The notes beneath the pieces are model-generated. The model saw nothing but the letters and a program-made list of their open reading frames with translations, did no database searches and had not been told where the DNA came from. This document shows positions 12,162 to 25,659 of a DNA stretch of 64,000 nucleotides, in pieces (the first letter of the stretch is position 1; each line of letters starts with the position of its first letter). Both the position numbers and the translations under genes were made by a program. Source of the DNA: Girardia tigrina (taxonomy: Eukaryota); the NCBI GenBank assembly GCA_001938485.1, contig MQRK01217150.1, positions 1 to 64,000 of the forward strand, in the 5' to 3' direction.

Positions 12162-12604
12162 ATTTCGAAAATAGAACAAAACAGGTTCAAACTATTGTTC
12201 GGTCTAAAACATTTAATTGGGATTCAGTATCGATTGCATATTTTGTGATCAAGAGTCAGTCGGATTGCTTGCGTCGATTGTGCCAGTTCGAACCTAAAGG
12301 AATCCAAATGAACTTGATTATTGTGGTGTAGATCGTGAGATAACAATTGATGTTTTGTATATATTTACATTCATTTATTTATTGATGCACTTTTATCTTA
12401 ATAACATTACGAACATCTTATAAGACATTGTGATTTTAAACTTTTTTTGTGGGTGTGTGAGGGTGTGAAAAGTTCCAAACGAGCGATATTTATTTGTGAT
12501 GGTAAAGTCAACTCTTCATTGATTAAAGAATAATATAAAAATTTAATAATAAAATAAAATATTCAAAAAATTAAAAAACGCCATTTGTTAAATTTATTTT
12601 TTAC

Positions 12605-12645
12605 GACAATTAATTTCGACGGTATAACCGTCATCGTCAGGTCTC
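12605..12645 (-). ncRNA. Minimal type I hammerhead ribozyme of the Penelope-like element
   Basis: Minus strand GAGAC-CTGACGA-T-GACGG(TTATA)CCGTC-GAAA-TTAATT-GTC: CUGANGA and GAAA core, a 5-bp stem II, palindromic AATTAATT stem III, and GAC/GTC stem I. Confidence 0.75.
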
Positions 12646-13158
12646 AAGAAAGAAATGAATTTTGAATCTGCTTATATAGACAAGCAGTGATTATGTCATC
12701 AATGAATTATTATGTCATCTAAACACGCTTAATAGGGTTTTCAAGAGACCCATTTGCACATTAATCTTAGGATCTAAAGATCTGATATAAAGTGCTTCAC
12801 AGGCCACCCTCTCCCAATAGTTTTAAAACGAGAGCACAGAATTTTAAAATCATTTAAAATTTTCATTCAACTTACAACCCTTTCTGTGTTCTGCAATATT
12901 ACTCCCACCTACATTCCGACCATGTTCTTGGATTCTCTTACAAAGATGACGGGACGTCTCTCCAATGTATGTGGCATTACANNNNNNNNNNNNNNNNNNN
13001 NNNNNNNNNNNNNNNNNNNNNNNNNNNNNNNNNNNAGATTTATTACAAAACACATTTTGGATTTTATATGTTTGTGATATTATTTTTAAATTAAAGGCAT
13101 TATTTACGCATTTTAAAATTGAACGTTTAAATTGACCAAATCCCTCTGAATATGGGCC

Positions 13159-13291
13159 TAAAACATATTTTAAAGTTGTTGAGTCTTCTTTATCATTTAT
13201 AATTGGTTTATTATTATAATAAACCGATTATTATTATAATAAACCGATTATAAATGATAAAGAAGACTCAACAACTTTAAAATATGTTTTA
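13159..13291. repeat. Near-perfect inverted repeat (foldback), arms ~55 bp
   Basis: TAAAACATATTTTAAAGTTGTTGAGTCTTCTTTATCATTTATAAT... and its reverse complement ending at 13291. Confidence 0.9.
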
Positions 13292-13849
13292 AGCATTTGT
13301 TACGATGCCAACTCGAAGAGACAGTATTAGTATGTGAATTCGAAAATGACTCATTACCCTTCCTCAATACCGATATACATATTTTGAGCTCACTATTAAT
13401 GATAATTTCTTAATGCTTACAATTTTTATTAGATTGCCTAAATGTTTTTCAAAGTGTTGCGTAACAAATTACTGAATCCCCCCACTCCAATGTCACAAAT
13501 CGCCAGAAATATAATAATTTATAATTATTACCACCCCTAGCGTTACGCATTAAATGAAGAGCCCATAAACAGTAAAATTGTTTTGTCGGCGGAAGAAAAT
13601 CCTTAATGGTTTCTTTAAAAAAATTTATTTGGTTCATTTGTGATTGTCATGTATGGTTTGGCACTCTGTTACACTATTGGTTTTTGTTTTCTAGGATGAA
13701 AATGTTCTGACTAAATCAGTAAATGTCAAACGTTACCAAACAATAATTACTGATTATAATCGATCTTATGCTCATTTATTTACACACCGTCTTAATTTTG
13801 ATATAAAGATATTCAATGGACATCAAACTGAACTTAACGAATATCGTTT

Positions 13850-14370
13850 TCTTGTGTGATTCGTTTGAAATCCCAGTTTTGTGAAAGAAATGTTACTAAT
13901 ATTGAAGAGGTGGTCATTCGGATTGAGAATGCTATCAACAACATTCGATTAATAACGATTGAAAAAGTGATGCAATATTTTATGGTTAAGGTGCATAAAG
14001 TTGGTCGTATTAGATGAGTAATATTTTTGGTATATTGAAAAATTCCAATTGGGTCAGCTAATAAATCATAGCCGTTTGCGATAATTAAAATTTATTTTTC
14101 AAAGTAAAAATATATAAAAGTAAAAAAAAACGATGAATCAAAATGGTCCAACTATTGCAACAACTCAATAACGATATGCAAAAAAAGCATCCTAATCGAC
14201 AACGTGACATTCTTCTTCAGCAAGATAGTGCCAATCATCACATATCCAATATTTCTAAATGAGCCATGCAAAGCTTAGCTTGGAATCGCTACAACACGAA
14301 CCAATGGATTGAAACCATACCCTCAGATTGTATAGTTTGTATCATATGATCACTTTTCAACGCTAAGTGT
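13850..14370 (+). pseudogene. Highly degraded mariner transposase relic
   Basis: ILLQQDSANHH (LHDNA-like), AMQSLAWN, and PSDC (SPDLAPSDY-like) remnants. Confidence 0.5.
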
Positions 14371-16228
14371 AGTCTTTGGTACAACACATGCACAATTAAT
14401 TGCTTGATTGGACGAATTCTTCGAATCAATACTATTGAGGTTATTGAGAAGAATCTGTGTTGTTGTTTGTTGTATGTTCGAATTTGCTTCATATATATTG
14501 CCTGCATTGGTCTTCAAATTATAATTATAAATTATTATATTTAATGCATAAAATGGATATAAAATATAATTTTATTGAAAACATAAGTGTTTTCAGTAAA
14601 CGTTGTACTTTATACTCAAAAATGGAATAAACTCCTGAATTTTCGACTAAAAGATATATATTAATTTATCAGAGATAAATTAGTGTTGAAATAAGTTTTG
14701 ACTAAGTGTTTGTAACTTGTGTTTTGTCAGATTCAAAAACCATTTCTCATTCAGACTTTTGCTTACTGCATTTTATTTGTCAATTTGTAAAAAAATAAGT
14801 ATCTGTAAATTTTATTTATTAAAAAAATCACTTAAAAGTTAAATTTATTATGTTTCAATTACTACTTATTATATTGTTTCAGAGAATATTAAAATATTTT
14901 TTTACGAAAATTAAAATTTCATATAAATAATGAATACAGTACCATTGCTTTGTGATTAAAATGATACATTTTCTTTGTTTTTATACTTTTCTGCTATAGT
15001 CCAGTAGAGATTAAGGCAGTTATGGAATCGAATCTATAAATTAATTGTTACAAATAAATTACATAATCAAAATGACTTTTGAATATTAAATGAAAGCAAA
15101 ATGGAATTACCAAGGTTTTTTCAAACTAATTAATAATTTATAATTAGTTTAATTTGTTAGACTCTAATCAGATTAAAAATTAATTATTTTATATATATTA
15201 TTATTTTATTTTTAAAACAATTTAAAAAAATAAATTAATTTTTGTTTTAATGAAAAACTGTTTTATAGAAATTTTTTAATTTCATATATATAAAATTTAC
15301 TTTATATAATTTAATACCATTAAACAATAATATCGAACAAGCATTTATTTAAAAAAAATATCACAATTTAATAATTATTAACACATACCTCAGTTTTCAG
15401 TTAGTTAATCTATGGATTTCCTGTGATTATTGCAGCTTGAAGCCAAAAAGAAAATAATTTCCACAAGCAATTTTAATTATTGCCTAATAGGGCTTTAACA
15501 GTTAATCGTTAGCTAATGTCTTTTCAATTTGCCAGGAGATTTGAAAAACGATCGGGAATTTGCATAACTACATTTTAACTAAATTAAATCAAGACAAACC
15601 TAATGTTATTAGCTGAACTCTATTGTCAAAATGTCGTTTGATCAACTCATAAATGAATATTAATTATTTATGACTAGTGATATCTTTAAATTTGTAGCCA
15701 AAACTTTGGAGTCATTGTATTTTTATTATGAAACTGAGAATAATATTTTGTTTTGATAATTGTTTGGTTTAAATAGTTGATCAGAATTATTTCATTAAAA
15801 ATAAATTAATAAATTGTAAAAAGAATTTTTTAATAAATTAATTACTAAAATTTGAAGTTGAATTAATAATAAAAAATTTTTTAATGCCATTTATTAATAT
15901 ATTTTAAATCATCAATTAAAATATATTAATAAATATATTATTCAATTATACTTTTATAATATTTATAATATATAATTTTTAAATCTATTCGTAAAATTAT
16001 GGTATAATTTATTAATACTAAATTTACTTTAATTTACCACGTTTTTATTAACTCGCTTTTTAATTTAATAATTATCACTATATATACATATATATATTGA
16101 TTATCCTATTTCAAAAATTAATTAGTTAATGAAAAATATAGAAACAAGTGGGAATCACACAGCTATACTAAATTCTTGTATATTAAAATGTATATCAAAT
16201 TTAAGTAATGTGGAATAAAGCGTATATG

Positions 16229-16229
<1 letters not shown>

Positions 16230-16271
<42 letters not shown>

Positions 16272-16343
16272 NNNNNNNNNNNNNNNNNNNNNNNNNNNNN
16301 NNNNNNNNNNNNNNNNNNNNNATATATATATATATATATATAT
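16230..16343. repeat. (TA)n microsatellite spanning an assembly gap
   Basis: Directly visible in the sequence. Confidence 0.95.
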
Positions 16344-16659
16344 AATATTGAGTCTTGTGAACGCAAGTTTAGTATTTCTAAAATATAATTTGATTAAAGC
16401 TTCTTTTTTTATATTTATTGGACATGTTTCGATGCTTACACACATCATCATCAACAATATTTGGAAATTTAGTATTTTAATATTTGAATAGTTTAATATT
16501 TTAATTGTTCTTAATAATATGATTTTAAAAGGTATAAGTTTAAATAAAAAAATTTTAAGAATATATTATAATTTATTGAAGTATTATTGTGTAATAATGG
16601 CAAAAATATTTTAATTAAAAATTTTAAGTATTGAAATAACCTTACTTTGCCCATTCTGA

Positions 16660-18830
16660 ATGTTAATTGATGGGTTGTAGTGTCTTATTTTTGAGATTCA
16701 GATTTGAAAGATTTATGGAACTGTAGATGAAAAGTTAGTTGCCGATGTGATAGCAAATTGTAACCGCTGTTTGTCAAATGATCCATGTGCGGTACGGTGG
16801 AAGAAGAGTTTGAAAAAAACCTTTGCAAAAGATAGATTCGGTTCATCATTTATCATTCTTAGGGATTTGCATCAGTGGTGTAGGAATCATTGCAAATAAT
16901 TAGACAATATTGAAAATGAAGATGAGCCATTCGTTGTTGCATTTAAGGTTATGTTTTAGGATGAGGATAATGAAGAGGTTGAAGTTAAAGATAACTCATT
17001 TCGTGTTGTGATATCGAAAAACAATTACTTAATAGCTTTCAAGTCAGACAAATTTCATGCTGATGCGTCATATAAGTTGAATTGGTAAGGTATGCCAGTG
17101 CTGGTTGTTGTTATTATTGATATAGATCATCACTTCCATCCTATTTTCATTACTGTTTGTTCAAATGAATGCAAGAGGGACTTTTAATTTACATTGCAAA
17201 CAATTTTAGATAGTTCAGAAGAGCCTGCTACTTGGAATGTTTGATTTTTTGGAGGTATTTCTTGAAAAAGTTCTAATTATGTGCTGGACACATGTGCGAC
17301 GAAATATTATTAAGTATTTGAATCTTGTTTCTGAAGACAAAAGAGAGGAAATTGAAGAAGATCTTGGTATTTTTAGTTGGCATCAAACAGTAGTATACTT
17401 AAGAAATTGAAGGCGTGATTTATAAAAAAGTGGAAAATAAACGTGATTTTATTTCGTATATGAATGATATATGGTTCACATCCTTTCAAAATTGGTATGA
17501 AGACGCAATGCAAAATATATCATATACTAACTGTTGGGAACGTTCATAAAATATAAAATTTTTGAATCTTATCAAATTATTAAATAAACAATTACATTCC
17601 GTAAAATATTGTTATAAATATGTTAAAATAATATTTTCAGAAATTTAATGTAAAAAAATTAATTTAAGTAAAAAATAAAATAAATTTTACGGTAGGGTTA
17701 TTAAAAGATTTATGTAAAGATTTATTATAAAGTAAAAAAAGTTAATTTCAAATTTGATGAAAATAATTATTTGAAATAAAATAAAAAGTAATTAAGTTTG
17801 ATATTTTATTTGCGAAATAAAAGTAAACTAAACCATTTTGGTAACTTTTAAATCAAAGTAAATTAAAAATGTGGTTATAATTTTTTTTGGAAAATGTAAT
17901 TATAATTTTTGGAAATTAAAATTGGAATTAAAAAATAATTGTAAATCCATTAAATCGACTTAAATAAAAAATGCGATTTTAATTTTTTTTCGGAAAATGT
18001 AATTAAGAAACAGGAAAATTTAAATGTACCATAACATTGAAAAATTAATAAAAGACGCAACAAAATCTTTGTGACAAAATTTTAACTCACTATAATTTTT
18101 TATTAAAGAAATATAGAATTTTAATTTGTAAAAAAATATACTAACCATATTTTTATTTATATCTATTTTTATTTATATTGGTTGTGTAAAAAAGAAAGTA
18201 CAAAAGTTCTTCAAAAATATTTGTTTAAAAAATTTAAATTGTTATAGAAATAAATTTTTTGTGTTCATGATAATGTCTTTTGATCAAGAACTCAATTCTA
18301 ACAATGCTTTGGAATCTTTAACTTATAAATGAAGAAAGAGCAAACTCTAAGAGAGAGATTGCGACTGAGAAGATTTTTTCAAGTGTGTCTTGATTCTACA
18401 AATAAAGTCCCGTAAATATTTACATGGTGATAAATCTGTTGTGTTAACATATCTGACAATTTTACTTCAAGATTGGAAGACTGCTTAACTTTTATTTATT
18501 ACTGTTCAAGAAGTGGATCAGTCAAGGTAACTCAAAAAGTAAATCAAAGGTAAATCAAAGAGTAGAAGTGGAACACATGCGCCTAATACAAGAAAAGAGC
18601 TTTTGTAGTTTGGATAGTTCACATGAGGCACGACAACAATTCCTGTCAAGGCGGCGTATACAATGGCTCTATCTATTTAAAGCAATACAAGTGCAAGCAT
18701 GTAATTGGATTGGCAATGTGCTTAAATACATGGAACATCCAGTAAGTGCAAAACAAATAGCAATTGGCGAGAAAAGAATAACAGGTCGACCATTAAAACG
18801 ACTCGAGTATTATAAAAAAACTAATAGAAG
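16660..18830 (+). mobile_element. Degraded Mutator-like (MULE) transposase with SWIM-like and AT-hook-like C-terminus
   Basis: FHADASYKLNW*GMPVLVV...DHHFHPIFITVCSNE; MCWTHVRRN (CxxH); NWYE...TN|NALES split by an insertion; KRITGRPLK. Confidence 0.75.
17532..18303. mobile_element. AT-rich solo-LTR-like insertion in the MULE
   Basis: Starts TGTTGGGAA and ends ...TTCTAACA, splitting the TNNALES motif. CTAAC occurs at both junctions, so the exact right end is ambiguous (18297 or 18303). Confidence 0.65.
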
Positions 18831-21302
18831 ACTTAATTTTTATTTTACTTAACATTATTCATTTAAATATTGAATATTTTTTTTTAATTTTTACTAAAAT
18901 AAAACTTAAAATACTGAGTAAAAATCATTTTTTACAGTGCAAATACTATTTATTTTACAGAGCATTTATTATTTTTTACTGAAAAAAACTATTTATTTTA
19001 CTGAGCATTTATTAAAAAATACTGTTCAAAAAATTTGTTGTCGTTGTATATATATAATAAATAATTTGAAACAAAATTAAATAAATAATGATAGAAATAA
19101 TTGATAAAAAAAATTTAAATAAAAAAATGCTTGATGTTTTGTGTTTGAATGTTGTGTTGATTTAGAATTGTGTCTCTCCTATCCAGATGGTTGATTAATA
19201 TTTAAATTCTTATTATCTGAAAATACGTAATGTTTAGATTTATTGCTAATTTAAAATAATTGTAAAAGTTTAAATAAGTTTATTAATTTTATTTACAATT
19301 TTAAATAAATAAATTGAAATAATATTTTTCAATAATTAATAATCATTTTAATTTTTGAACCAATAAAATTTAGAATAAATAGTTTAACAATTTATGAAAA
19401 TCTCCATTTGCTTAGATAATAAGATTAAATTCATTAATTACTTAACCTCGTGCAATCGTACGAAAGTTTTTACAAAGACTGTCCTGAAGACAATCAAACT
19501 TACAATATTAATAAAAATATTAAGTCATATTGGTGTTCTTAATAATAACGAGTAAAGAAAATTTTGAATCTTATTGAGTCATGTCACTCATTTTCATTGT
19601 TCGATTTCGTTACTGTTCGATTGATACCGGATTGTTTATGTTATGTGCCAAATCGAGAGAGAATATGTGCCCCGGTATGTTACGAGCCGAATAAATACCA
19701 AGAGAAATGAATAATTCGCTATGATTTTAGTCGATTTTTTGTAACAACATTTTTTGGCATTTTTAGAATTTTTAGCTCTCGAATTTTCCGATGATTGTCA
19801 AATTTTTATACTGGAATGGTATTATTATTCTAGATTTGATGTATTTTAAACTTATTTTCGAAGTTGCTATTATAAAACGATTAATCCTTAAATATTTGAT
19901 TCGATTAATAAATATTTTGACTCATTTCATCGTTTATTGTACTGATAAATCTGTGCAATTGAAGATCTTCCTTCTTGAAACATACAAGTTGCTCTCTTAT
20001 CTCTTCATTTTTGATTCACAAATTTAGTGGTATTCCGGATTGATTTCGAACAGCTTTAGATAAAAAAACTCATTCGAGGTTTACTGATACTTTCTCCCAA
20101 AATATCTTTATAACTTTTCCATTTTCTTCTTTTCAAAATTTAACAATGTTATAACTTAATTCACCGTTAGAAAATTCTAAATTATCGATGACTTCGTCAA
20201 ATTGAAGAATTTGATTTTCTGTCAAAAATTCGTCTCCTTTTCAAAATCACCAGTTGTGATTTCATTATTTTCATTTGAATTTGATTTTTTAGACTGTCAA
20301 TCGTTGATCGATTTATTCCAATTTTCATCATTGGAATTTTGTTGTTCTTCAAGGAAGCTTCTGTTAAGTCTTCACCATTACTAAACTCTGTTATATAGGC
20401 CAACGATCGTTTTATTTCTTCCTTGATATTTCCAACATGAAAAGTCAACAACCTTTTATCCTGATTCAAATATCCATGGTCCGATGGAACCTTCCAGATG
20501 CATGTCCACCTCTGCATAACTACACTAATAACTAAACGAATTGCAGCAAAATTAAAAATTATCAATTGCAATTATTCTGTTTTTGAGTAAACTACTTCAA
20601 CAGAATCCACACTGTGAGAAGTGGTTGCAACATCAATATCATAATTCATTTTTTTAACACCAAAATTTATTCTAAAATTCATTCAAAATCTTGAAGATTT
20701 ATTAAAATAATTTTCACATTATAAGTTATAATGAGTTATAAGTTACAACCCGTCAAATTGATGTTAACCTGCTCGTACCCGGAAATTATCTTACAAAGAC
20801 AGTATTTCATTTTAGACCGCTGGGTCTGTGTTCAGGATGTTCGTCGTTCGGTGGTTTGATTGGTTGAATGAAAATTTCAATCACATTTTTTCCATCCTTT
20901 ATAAATTCGAAAAAGAAAGTATATAGAGAAAGTGTATTACTTCAGTAAAACAATGTAATAACTTTATTTCACAATGTTCTATGAGGAGTTAATTAATTTT
21001 TGGTGCGATGATCAAAATTTAAATAGTTTTAAAAAGATTATTTTGATTTAAAATCAAATTGAACATTAAAAAAATTAATTTGAATTAAAAAAACATTCTT
21101 AATTAAAAAACATTCATTAAGAAACATTAATTAAAAGACATTCTTTATTAAGAAATTTTATTAATATTTGCAAAAATGTATTTTCTAATTTTGAATTAAT
21201 TTAATGATATGATTAAAAGATTAAATATTTAAAAAATACAAGATTGAATATTAAATATAACGTATTTTAAAAATTTCTAAAATAATAAAATATTAAATAT
21301 TT

Positions 21303-21454
21303 TGTTTTTATAATTTTATTTTTCAACTGAAGTCTTATATGCTGTTTTTTTTAATTTTGTATTGTTTTTTTAAAAAACCATTTTTTTAAAAAAAATACAA
21401 AATTAAAAAAAACAGCATATAAGATTTCAGTTGAAAAACAAAATTATAAAAACA
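21303..21454. repeat. Imperfect inverted repeat, ~150 bp foldback or MITE-like
   Basis: TTTTCAACTGAAGTCTTATATGCTG mirrored by CAGCATATAAGATTTCAGTTGAAAA. Confidence 0.85.
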
Positions 21455-22149
21455 GGATAAAAAGGTTAAAATAAAAAAAACATATTTAAACATTAAATAT
21501 TTTTTTTAAAAAATTTTAATACATAAATTTTTTTGTTTAAAAATTTTAAAAAGTTGAATGTTGTTGTAACTTAATTAAAATTATAAATATATGAAAAATT
21601 ATTTGAAAATAGAGATTAGCTAATTAATTATTAATTAGGAAAATTGTTTTAAAATTTACTTGAATGTTGTTTTATAATAAAGATATAAGTTCAGTAAAAT
21701 GAATTCTGATAATTAACGTCACGAATACTTATCACATTTTTAATGATTTTTGTTATATTGTTCTATCAATATTTTTTTTATTTTTTTATTTATTTTTTTT
21801 TACTTTTCACATTTTTGATTTATATTTTAATATCTATAAATATTTAAAAATCGGATAGTTATTGATTTTGGAAAGTTTGGATTCGGTTTCTCTCTTCGGC
21901 TTATTGATTTTTTTGAACTTGTGGTTTCGAGTTTTTGGTTTGATTTGTTGTGTTACAAAAATGAAAGAGAACAGAAATAATTATTATTTATGTTTCACTC
22001 ATGGTTTCTGAAGATAAATGCTATATTATACAAAATTTGATGCGAATCACAAATTTTAAATTAAAATTTAAATATTTCTAACCGCTTATCAGAAATCCCC
22101 CATTTTTTGAGAAATACATTAAATGATTTTTGAATATCAAATTTAAAAT

Positions 22150-22740
22150 AGTGACAAGGTCCAATTTCTTCAAAGAGCGAAAAGTTGATTTTGCCGAGTT
22201 CGGAGCCATGGTGGGTGTTTGAGAATCATCCAATATCGAAGTTCTCAAAGCCATCAAATTGTCTCTCATGGAATATCAAATCGATGAAGATCATATGAAT
22301 CAGCGATTCGAGCGAGTGATGCAAGCGCAATCTGAGCTAGAATTGATCGGATGGTGCGATGTCGATGAGAGCTACAACGACAGAGACGTTTGTGTCGACT
22401 CGCAATTACAGAGCCACGCGCCAGGACTTCTTATGATCAAATTGAAGGCAGAAAATTTCTAAATTCAGGACCAATTTCCGATTACAATATGCGAGCTGAG
22501 TTTCGACAGTTCCGGTTAATGTATGTTCACAACCGTTAATTTTATGCTACATAGCGAAGAAACGGAAGGGATTGGCATTAAAAACGTTTCTGAAAACAAG
22601 TACACTGATAATAAGAAAAGTGATCGAACTATTACAATGCTTCAATGGGACCAGCAAAACTTCAAGAATCCACTGCGTAACCCTGCTGCCTCCGTTTGAT
22701 TCTCGGGGCAACCTGAGGGTCGGGTGGAACAATCATCTTC
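22150..22740 (+). pseudogene. BEL/Pao-like pol fragment (RNase H to pre-integrase region)
   Basis: LLPPFDSRGNLRVGW resembles the BEL/Pao LxPFxDxxGxLRVGGR motif; an upstream W..V....ND.D segment resembles WxHVxxxxNPAD. Confidence 0.5.
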
Positions 22741-22744
22741 TCGA

Positions 22745-23470
22745 TGTGACCTTGATGAACAACTTGTTAAGTTGGCTGATCATGCTGAAGTCTTTGCTTA
22801 CCTCCACTAGAATTACGGAAGAAAATCCACTTTTCATCTCATGTAATAATTCGCTTCCAAAAACGGCTCTCTCTGGGCTATCGAGTAGTTCGCGGCAAAA
22901 ATCAATTCAACACTAGGTTTGTATATTTGTCAATTCGTGAAAACTCGGAGTGGATTTTTATTTAGAAAACCCAAGTTATGCAGATGACGGAGAATGGTCC
23001 TTTGAGAATGACCGAGCTCCTTGAAAAACCTGCGGATGCTAGTACAGAGCTGGTGCTCCACCAGAGCACAAAACTCCTCTGTGTTCACAAATGATAGTCG
23101 ACCAGAATGTTTCTGATCTTCAAGACTGGTATATCCCTGATTAAAAAGACGAAACCACCGCTGAACTTTATTTTCCTTGAGCACATCTTTGCCTCTCACG
23201 TTGTAGACTTCTCGAGTCGCAGCTGCTGCTATTAGGCATTTTTCCCAATAATTTCGTAATAAGACACAAATTACTGTTTTTTCTTCAATCATTCTTAAAT
23301 ATAAAAAATAGAGGAAAAAAGTTTTAAGTTTTAAAGTGTAGTTATGTTATGGACTATTATGGGCTTTAAAATGATACCAAATGTTGCACATAAATGTTAG
23401 ACTTAAATGATCTGGTAAAACAAAAAACTTTAATTTACTAAATGCGTGAATAAGTTCTGACTCAACCACG
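22745..23470 (-). mobile_element. Mariner element, 5' half
   Basis: HTH VQRWFRLFNQGYTSLEDQKHSGR, then RIIT*DEKWIFFRN. Terminus TA|CGTGGTTGAGTCAG. Confidence 0.8.
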
Positions 23471-25659
23471 TAAATAATTTTTCATAAAGTAAAATTGCTT
23501 TAAGTCAGAGACTTTAAAATATTTTAATTAAAAAGTTTTTTGTTAGAACATGTAATTAATTTTTATACTAGAAAATATTTAGCATAAAATAAGGTTTATT
23601 TCAATGCTGTGTTCTTTGTTGAAAATTTAAACAAGTTGGAGATTTTTCTTAATTATAAAAATATAGCATAATATTTAGAAGTAATTTTATAATGAAATAC
23701 CTCTTATTTTTAAGGTAATTATAATTTTCTGATGTCACTAGAAATGAAAACAAACAATGTCATATTTTCGAAACCTTGTGATGTTTTACAGAGAAAAAGA
23801 ATTAACGCACTTGGCGTAGACGATATTATCAATAAATATAATGACTTGATTGAAAATGAATACGTTTTTGCTTTTAGCTTAATTAAATCTTCATATTTTA
23901 ACTAATTTCATTAAAATTTTATTTTAGGTCTTTTCTTGTGATGTTGAAAAATAAAAGTAGATATATTAAATTTAGAAGAAGTGTTAATAATTTTTAAGTA
24001 TTCATAATTAATGTAGCAAAATTATCTTTTTTATTTTTCAGATAACCAAAACATTAGAAAGGAATGTCATTAACTATTGGAATTCAATTTCATTGTATTG
24101 ATATTCCAATTTATTATGATATAATAATGATTAGAATTAATTATCAAACTATTTTATTAAAGCATTCTTAAAAAAAAACTCTACTAAGAAATCGCAGGAA
24201 ATCGCTAATTGTATTTATTTGTTCACTTAATTAATTTACCAAAAAATACATAATAAATTTTAATCTGTTACAAACATGAATAATTTTAAATTGTAACATT
24301 AACTAGAAATGTGAAAATGTGTAAACAGAAGAGATTACAAGAATTGCTGGCATACCAGTGTTTCTTCCAGCTCTGTAAGGGGGGACATCCCCCCCAAAAT
24401 TTTTTAATTATAAATCATATTTAGTAATAAACATCCAAATGTTTTCAAGTAATGACACTCAAATAAGTTTATAATTACAGTAAAATGCTTTGTTTTATTA
24501 AAAAAATCATTTTAATTATTTATTTATTATATATGTAATGTTATCTACTTCTAACTTAGTTTTTCATGGCAAGCTTCTTTTTTACATATATTGTGTTAGA
24601 CACTTATTTATTGTAAATCATTATATTTTCTAGTGTTAGATAATATATTATTTAAGTATTACATTATTAGTGTATGTTCGCTTATTTAATTATTTATATT
24701 AAATTTTTGATTATTCCTTTATATTATTTAAACATTATTATAATTATTGTTATTTGTATTTTATTTGTATTATATTATTTACATTATACGCTTAACGACA
24801 TTAAGTCGTTAGGTGAAATTTTAAAAATTTTAAATTTCATATTGTGAATCAATGTTGATTGATTACATAATTAATGTTTTTAATTACAATTAATTTTAAT
24901 ATTTAAGAACACTATTAACTTTTACAAGCTATTTTTAAAGTAAGATTTCTACATATTTTTTCCGTCACAAATATAATTTTCAAGATTTGTAAATTGAAAG
25001 AAAAGTGAACGCTTTTTTTTAAAAAGACAAATTTCAAAAAAAGATTAACGATTGTCTAAATAATTTTTTGAAATTGGTTTTATAAAATTGATTTTTTAGT
25101 TTATTTTTCTTCATAAAAAGTAATTGTTGTGACCTACAGTCAAAATGCTAGGAATTTTTTTGAAAGAAGGTTAAATTAAATATTGTACAAATTAAAATTT
25201 ATATATAATTAAATATGTAAAGTTTGAAAAAATTAATTTGTAAAATTATGAAGATCTAATTAAATTTTTAATAATTTAAAATTTTTGAGTTTTAAATATA
25301 ATATAAAAATTAAAATGTATAATATTTATATGTGGAATGATTTTTAAAAAATTAATGAAATAAACGGAACGATTAAATATTTTAAAATGTTATCGTAATT
25401 TAAAATTGATTTGATAAAAGTAATTGATAAAAAAGTAATTGATATTAGTATAAAAAAAATCAAACATGAATATATATAAGTATTTTTATTATATCGCTTT
25501 AGTATATCGGTTTAAGATTTATAAAACAAATTGTTTCTCAAAAAAATAATAAGTTTGTTTAAATATTAGATTTAAACAATTTTTTGTAGGATAATAAAAG
25601 TTTTGATGTCTGAAATAACTCATAGTAATAATTCCGATGATGTTCCAAGAACCTCTAAT

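Larger units (their letters stand above)
12540..13390 (-). mobile_element. Penelope-like element fragment (GIY-YIG endonuclease end and 3' repeat), rearranged
   Basis: CNATYIGETSRHLCKRIQEH...SNIAEH on the minus strand, plus a small plus-strand RT fragment ENDSLPFLNTDI near 13343 and a hammerhead motif. Confidence 0.8.

Noticed and set aside
19442-20993. Possible TTAA-flanked piggyBac-like element containing ORF 20197-20571
   Set aside because: The terminal inverted match is too short and I recognise no transposase motif.
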